DNA from: Eledone cirrhosa
Taxonomy: Eukaryota
DNA length: 64,000 nt
Direction: 5' to 3'
NCBI GenBank assembly: GCA_964016885.1
Contig: OZ024741.1
Coordinates: 164,796,001 to 164,860,000 of the forward strand
The position numbers and the translations under genes are program-made. Position 1 is the first letter of the stretch. Each line of letters starts with the position of its first letter. The notes under the pieces were generated by a model. That model saw only the letters and a program-made list of their open reading frames with translations. It did not search any database and was not told where the DNA came from. Positions 26,085-38,295 of this stretch are shown here, piece after piece.

Positions 26085-26680
26085 CCACACCAATCTCGCT
26101 GTGGTTCCACCATGGACTCTTTCGGCCTCCACTTGCTTTCCGGCCGCATTCCATGCCATGCTGGCCTCAACGAGGTCATTAAGCATGGCTTGGACGCTGC
26201 AGGCTTCCCTTCCCAGCTAGAGCCGGTGGGGCTGGATCGAGGGGACGGCAAAAGGCCAGATGGCATGACCATCTTCCTGTTCCGCAGTGGAAAACCCCTC
26301 GTCTGGGATGCCACTTGCACCGACACTTTCTGCAGCCGCAACCTGGTGCAGTCTGCGACTGACCCGGGTTCTGCTGCACGTCAGGCTGAGGGGGCCAAAC
26401 TCCTCAAATACTGGTCACTCTCCGACAGGTTTGCGGTCGTACTCCTGGCAGTGGAGACTTCTGGTGTCCTCGGCCCCAGGGCTACCTCCTTACTCACCAC
26501 CATAAGCGCTGAGCTGGCCAGCCGCAGGTGTGAGCCCCGCGAGTTGGAGTGGCTCTTCCAGCGCGTCTCCCTCGCCATCCTCCGGGGAAACGCCTTCTCC
26601 ATTCTGTCCGCTGTGGCTGTGGGTGAGCCCCATCGTGTACCGTTGTAGCTGTTGTAGAAGAAACAGGAAGACAACAACTC
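26085..26680 (+). mobile_element. CRE-clade-like non-LTR retrotransposon 3' fragment (restriction-like endonuclease)
   Basis: ORF 26112..26648: D.FGLHLLS..H..LN..RPDGMT..GKPLVWDATC.DT..E.AK..KY..AVETSG..LFQRVSLAILRGN; GC-rich island. Confidence 0.8.
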
Positions 26681-26820
26681 TAGATTATAAGATAAGTGTC
26701 ACTGTGTATTCATATATAGACACACACTCACAAACCTTATAGGATTATAATCCTTCATCTGTCTTGTGAAGGGTATTGGCTAATATGCTTCTAATCTTTG
26801 CATGTTTGGTGATCCTTTAA

Positions 26821-27092
26821 CCTGTTAGCATTACTCTATATAACATTGATTGGTTTTGGCCAGTATTGGCCCAGGCCATGTCTAACTTAAAAGAACCACC
26901 TGGCTATTATATTTACTATTATATTTTCATGGTAAAGGCTTTATCTCACATAATATTGAATCTATGAGATTTTGATATTATTATTTTGAGAACAATACCT
27001 TAACATCAGTATGAGCAGCTGGTTACAGCCAGTTTGAACAGACAGAAGCGAGAGAATTCTGGCTGGATATGGCTGCTTTAAATGCTAAAGGG
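26821..27092. mobile_element. piggyBac-like MITE, family 1, longer variant
   Basis: TTAA|cctgttagcatt...aatgctaaaggg. Confidence 0.75.
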
Positions 27093-28254
27093 TTGTTTCA
27101 ATATCCTTCTCGAGATTGCCTTTGGTTTTTCAATGTGTAGAGTTCTTATCTTTCAAGTTAACTAATCGCCAATCTATGCTGAGTAGTCTAGAACAACTTG
27201 GTACAAACATTGTCATTGATGCCATAAATTCTACTTGGATAATAATAGAAACTGAACAAAAACTCTTCTTATCAAACAAAGCAGTCAGCATTTGTTGAAA
27301 AGGGTCATTGGCTTATATTATTCAGATCAACCTCCCTATATATACATAGACAACAGAGTTTTCTGATAATTAAGTTAAACTAAACAAAGAAATATATTAT
27401 GAGTGCCGGAAGTTTGAGAAGTTTGAGGAAATTGAATTAGACTAACATGGTATGGAAATACTTATATATGAGAAGAGAAGACTGTCTGAAACTATTGTTA
27501 GGTCCAAGTTAATTAGGTTATTATCTATATTGACCTTTTAATTGACTTCTTTTTAAGTCGATTGCCTTATTGATTAATGCCATTTTTTAAATTTTTTCAT
27601 TAAATTTAGCTGTGAAAATGGAATGCTTTCTTCTACTGGTGGAACAATTGTAGTTATTGATCACTAAAACCAATAAATATAAATGTCCAGAATATTCAGA
27701 CAGGCTGAATATTGAGGAATTTTAAAGAGCAGCTAATGAGGAAGAAATTTATCTGATTTTCTTTTGTTTTTTTAACTATATAACTGTATTTCATTTGCAT
27801 AATAATATCAATAAATAGAGTTGTTCATAGATAGAGCAGAGGAAAAGAATATGATTGGTTACTCTCCAAACATAACTGTATCTCTGTATTGTTTAATTCT
27901 CCTTTCTGTTTTATATTCTATCTTAACCCAGTCATCCTACAAAACACTACCTTATCAATGAACCAAACTTTTTTGTTACCATAAATATATTTATATATAG
28001 TCTGTTTGCTTTTTACATGAACTTGAAATACACGAATTCGCTTTAACGCGTCTTGCAAAAATATTATTAAATATTCACTTAGTGCGAATAACGCACTATA
28101 ATGCCTATAGTTTTTAATTTATTTTATTTATCAGAAAATTAGACTTAAATTACGCGAATTTGCTTTACACACTGTAAAAGGCGTACATAATGTATATGTA
28201 GCTGTCATCCATCATTTGCATCACATGGCTATAGCAATATATATTTCTTTATAG

Positions 28255-28590
28255 CACACAGCCCACACTGGAAAGTGGAAGTGCTAGTGTCACAATAAAA
28301 TGTACCCAGCCCACAGTGTAAAGTGGTAGTGCTGGTACCACGAGAAAAAAAAAACACACTGTCCATTGTGTCAGATGATTGGGGTGGTACCATAAGAGAA
28401 TGAACCCCATACATGCCCTGAAATGGTTGGCATTAAGAATGGCATCCAGCAGTAGAAACTTTGCCAAAATGTAACATATGAGAAAGACACAATTGTCTGA
28501 TCTGCTTGGGTATCCTCAGAACATGACAACTTGTCTAACCCATGAAAGCATGGCAAATTTCACAGTGATATGATGATCGTGATGACAATG
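28255..28590 (+). mobile_element. Diverged RTE 3' UTR fragment
   Basis: ggttggcattaagaatggcatccagcagtagaaac..aacccatgaaagcatgg..gatgat. Confidence 0.65.
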
Positions 28591-28668
<78 letters not shown>

Positions 28669-28673
<5 letters not shown>

Positions 28674-28745
28674 TACAAACGGACAAAGCGGGCGTTATAA
28701 TAAACGTCCGCTAAACTGAAACGTACATATATGTATGTGTACCTG

Positions 28746-28809
<64 letters not shown>

Positions 28810-29238
28810 TGCTACTGTACGTCTGTATACATATATGTATGTACGTATACATACATACTTACATTTAAGTAAGTGCCGTACTAAGAGTGAGAAATGAAAT
28901 TTCGTTTTCATTCTATTACAACTTATCGTTCTCGGTGCGCCTGGCCGACTGAACTCACTCGATATGCAAATTAGGCTGCTCAGCCGTTAATTTTCATAAG
29001 GAAAGTATATACTTTCGAACGTTCAACCATCTGGCAGAAGGGTATACGGTGCTGATGATAGCTAAGAAGCTTGAAACTAGTACATCGTTCCTGTGTCAGT
29101 GTTGAACAAAAAGGTGACGTGGTTGCCTTAACATCGTACGGCATAAATTCAGGCTGTTCGTTTGTTTACAAACGGACAAAGCGGGCGTTATAATAAACGT
29201 CCGCTAAACTGAAACGTACATATATGTATGTGTACCTG

Positions 29239-29292
<54 letters not shown>

Positions 29293-29406
29293 TGCTACTG
29301 TACGTCTGTATACATATATGTATGTACGTATACATACATACTTACATTTAAGTAAGTGCCGTACTAAGAGTGAGAAATGAAATTTCGTTTTCATTCTATT
29401 ACAACT

Positions 29407-29409
<3 letters not shown>
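28669..29409 (+). mobile_element. Partial-tandem (A-B-A) non-coding element, monomer ~483-493 bp, with a hammerhead ribozyme; retrozyme or Penelope pLTR-like
   Basis: A1 28669-28926 and A2 29162-29409 match except for (TA)n length; B 28927-29161 contains the HHR; (TA)n on both flanks; CpG-rich. Confidence 0.8.
29046..29088 (+). ncRNA. Minimal type I hammerhead ribozyme (family 1)
   Basis: Stem I acggtg/catcgt; core CTGATGA; stem II t-AGCT-aaga-AGCT-t; GAAA; palindromic stem III ACTAGT; GUA cleavage triplet, cut predicted after 29082. Confidence 0.75.
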
Positions 29410-29438
<29 letters not shown>

Positions 29439-29764
29439 CACATACATCATATAACCATGTATAGAAAAATACTAGAATAAAGATGATAAAAATAATGATT
29501 GCCAGTAAAGAAATGAACCCACATCCTTCAGTTATTACTCGAGTTTATTATCATCTTATTACTGGCAGTTTTCCATTTTTCTGTCTCATTAGACAACATT
29601 ATAAATCTGTCATACAGCTGCCATTTTTATAGCAACCTTATGTATAGAAGAATTTTATATAACACATTTAGCATGATTGAGATTCAGAAAGTATTTAGTG
29701 TAGAGAATAGATGTTTGATTTCATCATCTTCACTGTTTAACGTCTATATTGTCTAAATAGAATT

Positions 29765-30400
29765 AGGTGGGTATATATAGTGTAGCTATAGGTGGGTATA
29801 TATATATATATATAATAGCTGTTTGAGGGGTGTATATAAACAGGTTTTTGGTGGGTGTATAAATAATAGCTGTTTGATAGGTGTATATATTGATAGGTGT
29901 ATATATAATAGCTGTTTGGTGAGGGGTGTATATATATAATTGTTTCTACTTTTGGCACAAGGCCAGCAAATATTCCAGTGCATTACTGGTACTTTATTTT
30001 ATCGACCCCGTAAGGATGAAAGGCAAAGTCAACCTCGGTTATATATATATAATAGCTGCTTGATAGGTGTATATATAATAGCTGTTTGAGGGGTGTATAT
30101 AAGCAGGTTTTTGGTGGGTGTATATATAATAGCTGCTTGATAGGTGTATATATAATAGCTGTTTGAGGGGTGTATATAAGCAGGTTTTTGGTGGGTGTAT
30201 ATAAAATAGCTGTTTGATAGGTGTATATATAATAGCTGTTTGATAGGTGTATATAAACAGGTGTTTGGTGGGTGTATATAAAATAGCTGTTTGATAGGTG
30301 TATATAAAATAAGTGTTTGATGGTGGTATATATAATAACTCTTTAGTGGGTGTATATATAATAGCAATTTGAAGGGTGTAAATAAAACAGCTGTTTGATG
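29765..30400. repeat. ~25-bp minisatellite (ggtgtatatataatagctgtttgat) interrupted by a truncated SINE A at 29936-30038
   Basis: Direct. Confidence 0.9.
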
Positions 30401-30450
30401 GACAAATATAGAGTTAATGTGGTGTGGTAAATAAATATATACATATATTT

Positions 30451-30788
30451 GGAGGCACATGGCTTAGTGGTTAGAGCATTGGCCTTGTAATCGAAAGGTT
30501 GTGAGTTCAATTCTCAGACTGGGTGATGTGTTGTTTCCTTGAGCAAGACACTTTAATTCACATGTCTCCAGTTTACTCAGCTGTAGAAATGAGATGATAG
30601 GGACTGGGGTCCCTATCATTCCACTACAAAGTGGTCGTGGAGGTGCCACGGCAAAAAAGCACCCAGCACTCACTGTAAATGAGGTTGGTGTTAGGAAGGG
30701 CATCCAGCTGTAGAAATCAAGCCAGAATCAGTTCCCGTCCCACCCTTGCAAGCAGGGAAAAGCGGACGTAAAATGAAATGATGATGAT
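30451..30788 (+). mobile_element. Full-length CORE-type SINE group B with RTE-derived tail
   Basis: tRNA head ggaggcacatggcttagtggttagagc..gagttcaattc; ccttgagcaagacacttt core; tail ggttggtgttaggaagggcatccagctgtagaaa..(GAT)n shared with the RTE LINE. Confidence 0.92.
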
Positions 30789-30849
30789 ACCAGGTCCAAA
30801 CACAATGGAACCAAACTGCCATTGTTACTGCCTACTTCTCTCCCATTCT

Positions 30850-31110
30850 ACCCACCTCTCACTATTATGAGCTAATGGGGGGCTGATGTGCTGGCTGCCA
30901 TGCAGCCCCAGAGGACAGAATAAAGAAGGCGTTTCCCTGGTAGATGGTGAGGGAGACGCGCTGGAAGAGCCATTCCAACGCGTCAATCTAACACCTGTGG
31001 GTAGCCAACTCTGTACCGATGGTGGTGAGAAAGGAGGTGGTCCTAGGGGCCAAGAACACCAGAAGTCTCCACTGCTATGGGCTCGACTGCAAACCTGTGG
31101 AGAGTGACCG
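30850..31110 (-). mobile_element. Second CRE-like RLE 3' fragment
   Basis: Reverse complement translates FAVEPIAVETSGVLGPRTTSFLTTIGTEL..LEWLFQRVSLTIYQGNAF, paralogous to 26430-26610. Confidence 0.8.
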
Positions 31111-31364
31111 ATATTTAGGCAAATTATATATTGATTAATTTTAGTACTTGCAGAGTAGAGACTTCAAATTTCTCAATTTCTTGGCTTAATCAGATAAAAT
31201 TTCAAAAGCAATTGTTCATAAACACTTGCATTATAATAAAGTCACATACATGCACACTGAAGACTTTGATACATAACAACATATACTACTGGAAAATAAC
31301 ACTGCATGTGTATTTGAAATGGGCTATATAACTCTAACACAATGTAAATAGTCAAGTTACAACA

Positions 31365-31590
31365 CATCTTCTTCTTTGCCCACTTATTCCTGAGAGGGTT
31401 GTGGGGCAGAGTCCTCAAACACTCTTTCCAGTGGGTCCTGTCAGAAGCAACCATCTCCTGAATCCCCCATCTGCCTGGATCCCCAAGCATGACCAACCAA
31501 GCTCATGGATGTTATCCAACCATCTTGCTTGGGATCTACCCCTGGGTCTCTTGCCAGTTGGTTTTGCCCGTAAAATCTGTTACAACACAT
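31365..31590 (-). mobile_element. Another RTE-like LINE 3' fragment
   Basis: Hand translation KPTGKRP.GRSQARWLDNI..MVASDRTHWKE. Confidence 0.55.
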
Positions 31591-31599
31591 AGATTAAAA

Positions 31600-31760
31600 G
31601 TGGTGGATTGGCAGAGTCATTAGAATGTTGGATACAATGCCTTGTGGTATTTGTTCCAGCTCTCTGTACCCTGAGTTCAAAACCCAGCAAAGTCAACTTT
31701 GCCTTTCATTCTTTTAAGTTAAATAAAAAATAAGTACAAGTCCAGTATTGGAGTTGATTC
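31600..31760 (+). mobile_element. SINE group A relative
   Basis: ggattggcagagtc..gagttcaaaaccc..ctttgcctttcatt. Confidence 0.7.
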
Positions 31761-31769
31761 TTCCTTTAT

Positions 31770-32153
31770 ACGCAGTAATACAGAAGACCCGCCTTGCCTA
31801 AGTACAAAGCGAAACCTACAGTCAGTAGGCACCTCCTAACCAAAAATACACTCCCGTCCCACTACCCCCACCCCCATCTACACCTAAAGTTATGTTGGTG
31901 CCACAACATCCAGTCCTAAATAAATGAGGTTGTGTAGGTGTCACAACAAAAAAAACACAGTCCACGCTGTAATGTGGCCGTGTAGGTAACACAGTAAAAA
32001 CCTCCCAGTCCACACTGTAAACGTGGTTGGTGTTAGGAAGGGCACCCAGCCATAGAAAACCCGCCAGACAGTCCTGAGCAAGACAATCAATCTTGCCTCA
32101 AGTGGGACAATTCCCGTCCAGACCCATGCTAGCGTGGAAGATGTACGTTAAGC

Positions 32154-32187
<34 letters not shown>
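31770..32187 (+). mobile_element. RTE LINE 3' fragment
   Basis: Matches 2012-2553, ends in (GAT)n. Confidence 0.92.
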
Positions 32188-33357
32188 TCTTTCCCATTTT
32201 TTCCCTCTTCCTCCCTTCTTCTCTTGATGAAATCTGCTGTGTTCATACTTGGAGCCCCACCAGGTGTAAAATGCCCAAGACATGTTGTGACACAACTACC
32301 CTTATCACTCCACCAAGAATTACAGGTGTTATGGGTCCATGCATATATGTCTCCCTCCACTCCCAAAATATAACCAATAACATATAAATATATATCATAT
32401 GCTGGACAATCACATTATCTTTTTAATAAATAAAAGTAAATGTTTGTATGTATGCATGTATGTATGTATGTATGTATGCATGTAAGTATGTTTGTATGTA
32501 TGTATCTACATATGTATGCATATGTGTGTATGTGTGTCTGCATATGTATGTATCTATGTAGTTGTAGGCCATCATTTTACACCTAACTGGCTGAGTACAT
32601 CATATTCATAACCCAGATAACTGTTTCTGAAATATGTGGTTTTCAACTTCTGACAGAAAAGCTGCTGCCCCACCCCGAAACACTGCAATAGACATTGGAA
32701 AAAAATGACTAATTAGAACAATAATTCATTCAGAGTAATTATATTAGAACGGTATTTGGGTGGAAAAGTATGTTTTCTGAGAGAATAAGAATAAAAATAA
32801 TGTAAGGGTAACATTTTATTTTTGGTTTGATATTTGTTTAGGTTGTGAATGTTTCTGAAACTGAAATTGAATTATCTGGATGACTTGAATGCATCAATTC
32901 TGAGTGAATAATTATTCTTGGATAAATTGAAAATTGTCAGCATCTTTCTAACCCTTTCATTAATGTATTTCTAAGGAAATAGACTGTCTATGTATTTCAA
33001 TTAATTTCGAAAATAACTACAAATTTGGAAGAATTTAATAAAATAACTTTTTCATTACAAAGCTGATATTTAGAACATTACCTAAAAATTTCTAAAATAA
33101 AATTATGATGGACGGTTTTAATATGCAGTTTTAATGAGCAGTTTTGTATCACATCCAGGGTGGTTTCAGGCAGTTTTGAATCAAACCATCAAAGCAATTT
33201 ATCTAAAGTATTGTGAATTCATGGTATTATATTTACTTTAGGCATTAAGAAGCCTGTATGCAGCTGGTAGTTGAATATACTACAGAGCATCTGCCATTCT
33301 ATGTTCTCAAATTAAATTCTGTAGTTTTTCTATTTTAATAGCAGTATTATACCTGCA

Positions 33358-33640
33358 TGAAATCATGTGGCTTAGTTGTTAGGGTGTTTGGGTCACAATT
33401 GTAAGTATGATTCCCACCAACATGTGTCCCTGAGCGGGACACTTTATTTCATGTAACTCCAGTCAAATTAGCTGGAAAAAATGAGTTGTATCTGTAATTC
33501 AATGAGTTAGCCATGTCACACAGTGTCATGCTGAATCTCCCTGAGAATTATGTTCAGGGTACATATGTTTGAGGAATGCTAAGCCTTTGCATGTGTTAAT
33601 TTCACAAACAGGCTGCTCTATTGATCAAATAACTCATCAT
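33358..33640 (+). mobile_element. CORE-type SINE (group B head, tail variant 4), decayed
   Basis: gtggcttagttgttaggg..gtgtccctgagcgggacactttatttcat. Confidence 0.6.
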
Positions 33641-33689
33641 CAGACAAAATAAACTGTCAGTTATTGAGTGCTGGGTGATCTAAACTCAA

Positions 33690-34330
33690 CATTGGTGCAG
33701 TACTAGATGTTTCATGTCTGTTAGTGAGCCAGTAATAGATTTTCCAGATCTATTAGTGACTCAGTGGTAGATTACCCAGATCTATAATTGACTCAGTGCT
33801 AGATATTCCAAATCTATTAATGACTCAGTACTAGATGTTCTAGATCTACCAGTGTCTCAGTACTAGATGTTCTAGATCTACCAGTGACTCAGTACTAGAT
33901 GTTCTAGATCTACCAGTGACTCAGCACTAGATGTTCCATACTTACCAGTAACTCAGCACTACATGTTCTATAATTACCAGTAACTCAGTGCTAGATGTTC
34001 TAGATCTACCAGTAACTCAGTACTAGATGTTCCTGACTCAACACTGACTCAGTGCTGCATACTCTGGACCCATCAGTGATTCGGTACTAGATAAATCATT
34101 CCACATCTCTCAGTAGCCCAGTGTTAGATAAATAGTTACAGATCTCTCAGTAGTCCAGTGTTAGATAAATAGTTACAGATATCTCAGTGTGTCAGTGTTA
34201 GATAAATAGTTACAGATATCTCAGTGTGTTAGTGCTAGAAAAATAGTTACAGATCTCTCGGTGGGTTAGTGCTAGAAAAATAGTTACAGATCTACCAGTG
34301 CTAGATAACTAGTTCAGACCCATCAGTTAA
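33690..34330. repeat. Minisatellite, 32-bp unit grading into a 37-bp unit
   Basis: tcagtactagatgttctagatctaccagtgac (period 32) then cagtgttagataaatagttacagatctctcagtagtc (period 37). Confidence 0.85.
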
Positions 34331-34632
34331 CCAGATAATCTTCTCTTCCATATTGTTGATTATGGTGTCTGATATCTTTTGTATGAAAATCTTATTTTAT
34401 AGAACAGAGAAATGAACCTAAAAATATGTTATAGAGAGAGAGAGAGCAGGACATATGTAAACTAGCGGAATCATATTGTTGTAAGAAATAGGGAGAGAAA
34501 TTAGCATTCATGCATATTCCATAAGAAAGTAGTTACTTTATTTAGATTGCCAACAACAACAACATCATCAGATAGGCATTATGCCAGTTAGGCACTACAA
34601 TGTACCACACTATATATTATACAAACAACAGC

Positions 34633-34665
<33 letters not shown>

Positions 34666-35824
34666 CTTCACTCTCATTATGTCACTGGTAAACTAGCCAA
34701 GTTAGGAAATATATTGGATTTTGATATTGATTTATTTCTTCAAAGGACACATATCGTTCAACTGTAGTAGTAGTAGTAGTATCATTATCAAGAATAAAGA
34801 TAACAGCAGTCATAAAGAATGAGATGAAACACATTTCTCACTGTTAGAATGACAGACAATTTAAGATGTCTTCCATGTTGCCAAGTTAGGACATGGAGAG
34901 GGTCGTTAACTGTTTCATGACCATATTTCTAATGATATTACTGTATTTTAACTAATTTATGAAGAACTTCAAAGGATTTACTAAGTTTATTAAGTATTTC
35001 ATTATTTAGATGGTATTTGTAACATAAAAAAAAAAAAAAAATTCATCATAATCATTGTTTTAATATCTGCTTTCCCAGCTAACAAAGGTTGCATGGGTCT
35101 ACATAGCCCAAGACATCACTGAAGCAGGGCTGCTAATCTCCTGGACAGGCCAGGGATCTGCATCTCACTTATATAAAATCATGTTGGATGATTTTAATTT
35201 AAATAAGAATACTTTAAAATGGGTGGTTTTGTTTCCTAGAACCAGATGTAATTTGGGGCAGGTTGGTATCAAAATCATTCAACTAACATTTAAGTTTTTT
35301 ATGTCAACCTCATACTCACTGATATACGCACATCACACTCTCACGTGTACATACACTGATATAAATACAACACTAAACATACGTATACATTGGTATCACA
35401 CCCAGACACATATACACACACACACACAACACCATATAAGGTGATTCAAAGCTTTCCAAACACAACCCCATATTATTCTGGTACACTGAAAGCAAAGTCT
35501 TTTCCTGATGACAAAATGAAAAATAGTTTGACCTTGAACATTGCTCCCCCCCTCTTACAACAACCATCATCATCATCGTCTAATGTCCACATTGGACGGG
35601 TCTTCCTAGATCAAGTTAGTACTGAAGCAAGGCTACTGACCTTCCAGACAGGCCTGGGGTCTGCAGTTGCTTACGTACAGCCTCACATTCAACATAGTGC
35701 ACTAGCACAAGAGAGGTTGTCATGTATTTGACACAACTGAAGGTTCCCTCCAACTCTTTGTTTGGCAAGCTTTCTACAGCTGGATGTCCTTCCTATCACC
35801 ACCCACTGACTAGCATATTTCCAA

Positions 35825-36055
35825 AATGGCTGACTAAATACACATGTGTGTTTGTTTCTCAAATTTTTTTTCTGTTTCTTCCTCTTCTCACTCTATCTTT
35901 CTATTTCGTCTCTTATTTCTTATTCCATCTTTTGATGAAGGACTAGTGTCAGAAATGTAAAGACTCTTTTCCTACAATATCAAGCATTAAACTAAAATAT
36001 TTCTTTATTGTACTGCGTCATTTGCTTTGTTATTTCTGTTTACTTTTTGCATAAT
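35825..36055 (+). mobile_element. HHR family 2 repeat, decayed core
   Basis: tctttTGATGAaggactagtgtcaGAAAtgtaaaga at 35928-35963; matches the reverse complement of 47085-47373. Confidence 0.7.
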
Positions 36056-36086
36056 TATATATTTTTCATCATCATTCATGAAAGCA

Positions 36087-36304
36087 CAGTTTACTCAGCT
36101 GTAGAAATGAGATGATAGGGACTGGGGTCCCTATCATTCCACTGTAAAGTGGTCGTGGAGGTGCCATGGCAAAAAAGCACCCAGCACTCACTGTAAATGA
36201 GGTTGGTGTTAGGAAGGGCATCCAGCTGTAGAAATCAAGCCAGAATCAGTTCCCGTCCCACCCTTGCAAGCAGGGACGTAAAATGAAATGATGAATGATG
36301 ATGA
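36087..36304 (+). mobile_element. SINE group B, 5'-truncated
   Basis: Nearly identical to 30569-30788. Confidence 0.92.
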
Positions 36305-36682
36305 TTCATCATTTTACGTCCGCTTTTCCCTGCTTGCAAGGGTGGGACGGGAACTGATTCTGACTTGATTTCTACAGCTGGATGCCCTTCCTAACACCAA
36401 CCTCATTTATAGTGAGTGCTGGGTGCTTTTTTTCCATGGCACCTACACGTCCCCTTTACAGTGAGTGCTGGGTGCTCTTTTGCCGTGGCACCTCCACGAC
36501 CACTTTGCAGTGGAATGATATGGACCCCAGTCCCTATCATCTCATTTCTACAACTAAGGAAACTGGAGCAATGTGAAATAAAGTGTCTTGCTAAGGAAAC
36601 AACACATCACCCAGTCTGAGAATTGAACTCACAGCCTTTCGATTGCAAGGCCAATGCTCTAACCACTAAGCCATGTGCCTCC
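36305..36682 (-). mobile_element. SINE group B, full length, tail-to-tail with the preceding copy
   Basis: Reverse complement of 30451-30788 with one extra internal repeat. Confidence 0.92.
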
Positions 36683-36740
36683 ATATATATAAATGAGTAC
36701 CAGCAATAGCTGGGAGCTTAACCCTATATATAAAGTCTAA

Positions 36741-37011
36741 AATCTATCTTAAGCCAGAAGGCCATTTGGCCAGTGCTTATCCCGGTTTCATGGCAAGAAG
36801 CGACTGAGAGTACAAGACTCCCCCTGGACAGGACACTAGTCCATTGCAGGGTTAAACTCCCAGCTATTGCTGGTACTCATTTTCAGCTAAGTGTACTGAA
36901 GCAACATGAAGTGAAGTGTTTTGCTCAAGAATACAACACGCAACCCAGGAATCAAAGCCATGACATTATGACCATAAGTCCAACACCCTTACCACTAGGC
37001 CACATGCCTCC
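36741..37011 (-). mobile_element. CORE-type SINE (group B head, tail variant 5)
   Basis: Head ggaggcatgtggcctagtggtaaggg; core ttgagcaaaacacttcacttca; different tail. Confidence 0.75.
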
Positions 37012-37659
37012 ACATATATATATATACACACATTTACATATTTTTGAAAAAATAGGTGATACAACACAGATTACTATAGATAATAGTTGAGTAAATCGAA
37101 TAAAGCATTCTTCATGATGAAAAAAAAGTGGATAGAGATACCAAACCATGCATCTCCTGTATTTCAATTTATTCAACTATTACCTATAGTTACCAACTTT
37201 TACTATATTTATGTGCATTGTGGAGACAACATTTTAAAATTCCTACATTTCTCAGTGTTTTATAAGTCAACCAATCTTGTTTACATACATATATACTCAT
37301 AATTACATGTTTTGTGGTTGTGTGTGTGCATGTGTGAGTGTGCGTGTATATGTGTGTGTGTGTGTATGCGCGCGCGCGCGTGTGTGTATGTATGTATGTA
37401 ACCATGAAAGATCATTGGAGATGATAATTTGAAGTTGTAGTGAGTTGTGAGATTGTTTCCTTGATATCTGGAATGATTTAATAGATACTAAAATGTATAT
37501 AAAGTATATATGCATACCTGTATGTATTATTTATGCATGTAAATGTGTGACTATGTAAATGTGTGTGACTTTAAACAACATAACAAGCCCTCTGAAACAG
37601 CAAAAATACAAGAAGCAGCAACAGTGTTTACCAGGAACTTACCATAGATAGATATATCA

Positions 37660-37785
37660 TGCAATAAGTAAACAGAAACAACAAAGCAAATGATGCAGTA
37701 CAATAAAGAAATATATTAGTTTAACGTTTGATATTGTAGGAAAAGAATTTTTATGTTTCTGACACTAGTCCTTCATCAAAATTAG
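37660..37785 (-). mobile_element. HHR family 2 repeat, partial
   Basis: Minus strand ttTGATGAaggactagtgtcaGAAAcataaa followed by the same downstream flank as 35965-36045. Confidence 0.7.
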
Positions 37786-37796
37786 ACAAATAATGA

Positions 37797-38150
37797 TAAT
37801 AATTGTTTCTACTTTAGGCACAAGGCCAGTAATTACCCAGTGCATTACTGGTACTTTATTTTATCGACCCCGTAAGGATGAAAGGCAAAGTCAACCGCGG
37901 TGGGATTTGAACTCAGATCGTAAAGGGACGTAACTATGCTGCAAAGCATGGCATCCGACCCTCTACCGATACTGCCAATCCACCAATAATGATAATAATG
38001 GTTTCTAAATTAGGCACAATGCCCCCAAGATTACCTGATACATTATTTTACTGACTTTGCAATGATGTAAGGCAAAGTTGGTGAGATTTGAACTCAGAAT
38101 GTAAAGGGCGAGAATAAGTATTGCAAGGCATTTGCTAAACATAATAATTC
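37797..38150 (-). mobile_element. SINE group A (full copy plus a decayed one)
   Basis: Reverse complement of the consensus. Confidence 0.88.
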
Positions 38151-38295
38151 CTCCTAATTGATGTAACACTCCCCACAGATGGCAATATACAGGGTATACC
38201 CCCAAAAGGTATACATACTTTGATTTGATTATCTGTACAGGCAATATTTATTAGAATGCTGCTGAAGTGAGTATACATTTTTGGGGGACACCCTG

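Noticed and set aside
28669-29409. LTR/TRIM interpretation of the A-B-A element
   Set aside because: The repeat extends past a TG..CA boundary, no PBS or polypurine tract is evident, and the internal HHR fits a partial tandem better; not fully excluded
30451-30525. tRNA gene
   Set aside because: tRNA-like head continues into SINE core and LINE tail; the same applies to all group A and B heads
30886-31107. GC-rich plus-strand ORF as a host exon
   Set aside because: It is the antisense of a CRE-like retrotransposon fragment
35500-35530. CTGATGA..GAAA word pair
   Set aside because: No stem II or stem I pairing
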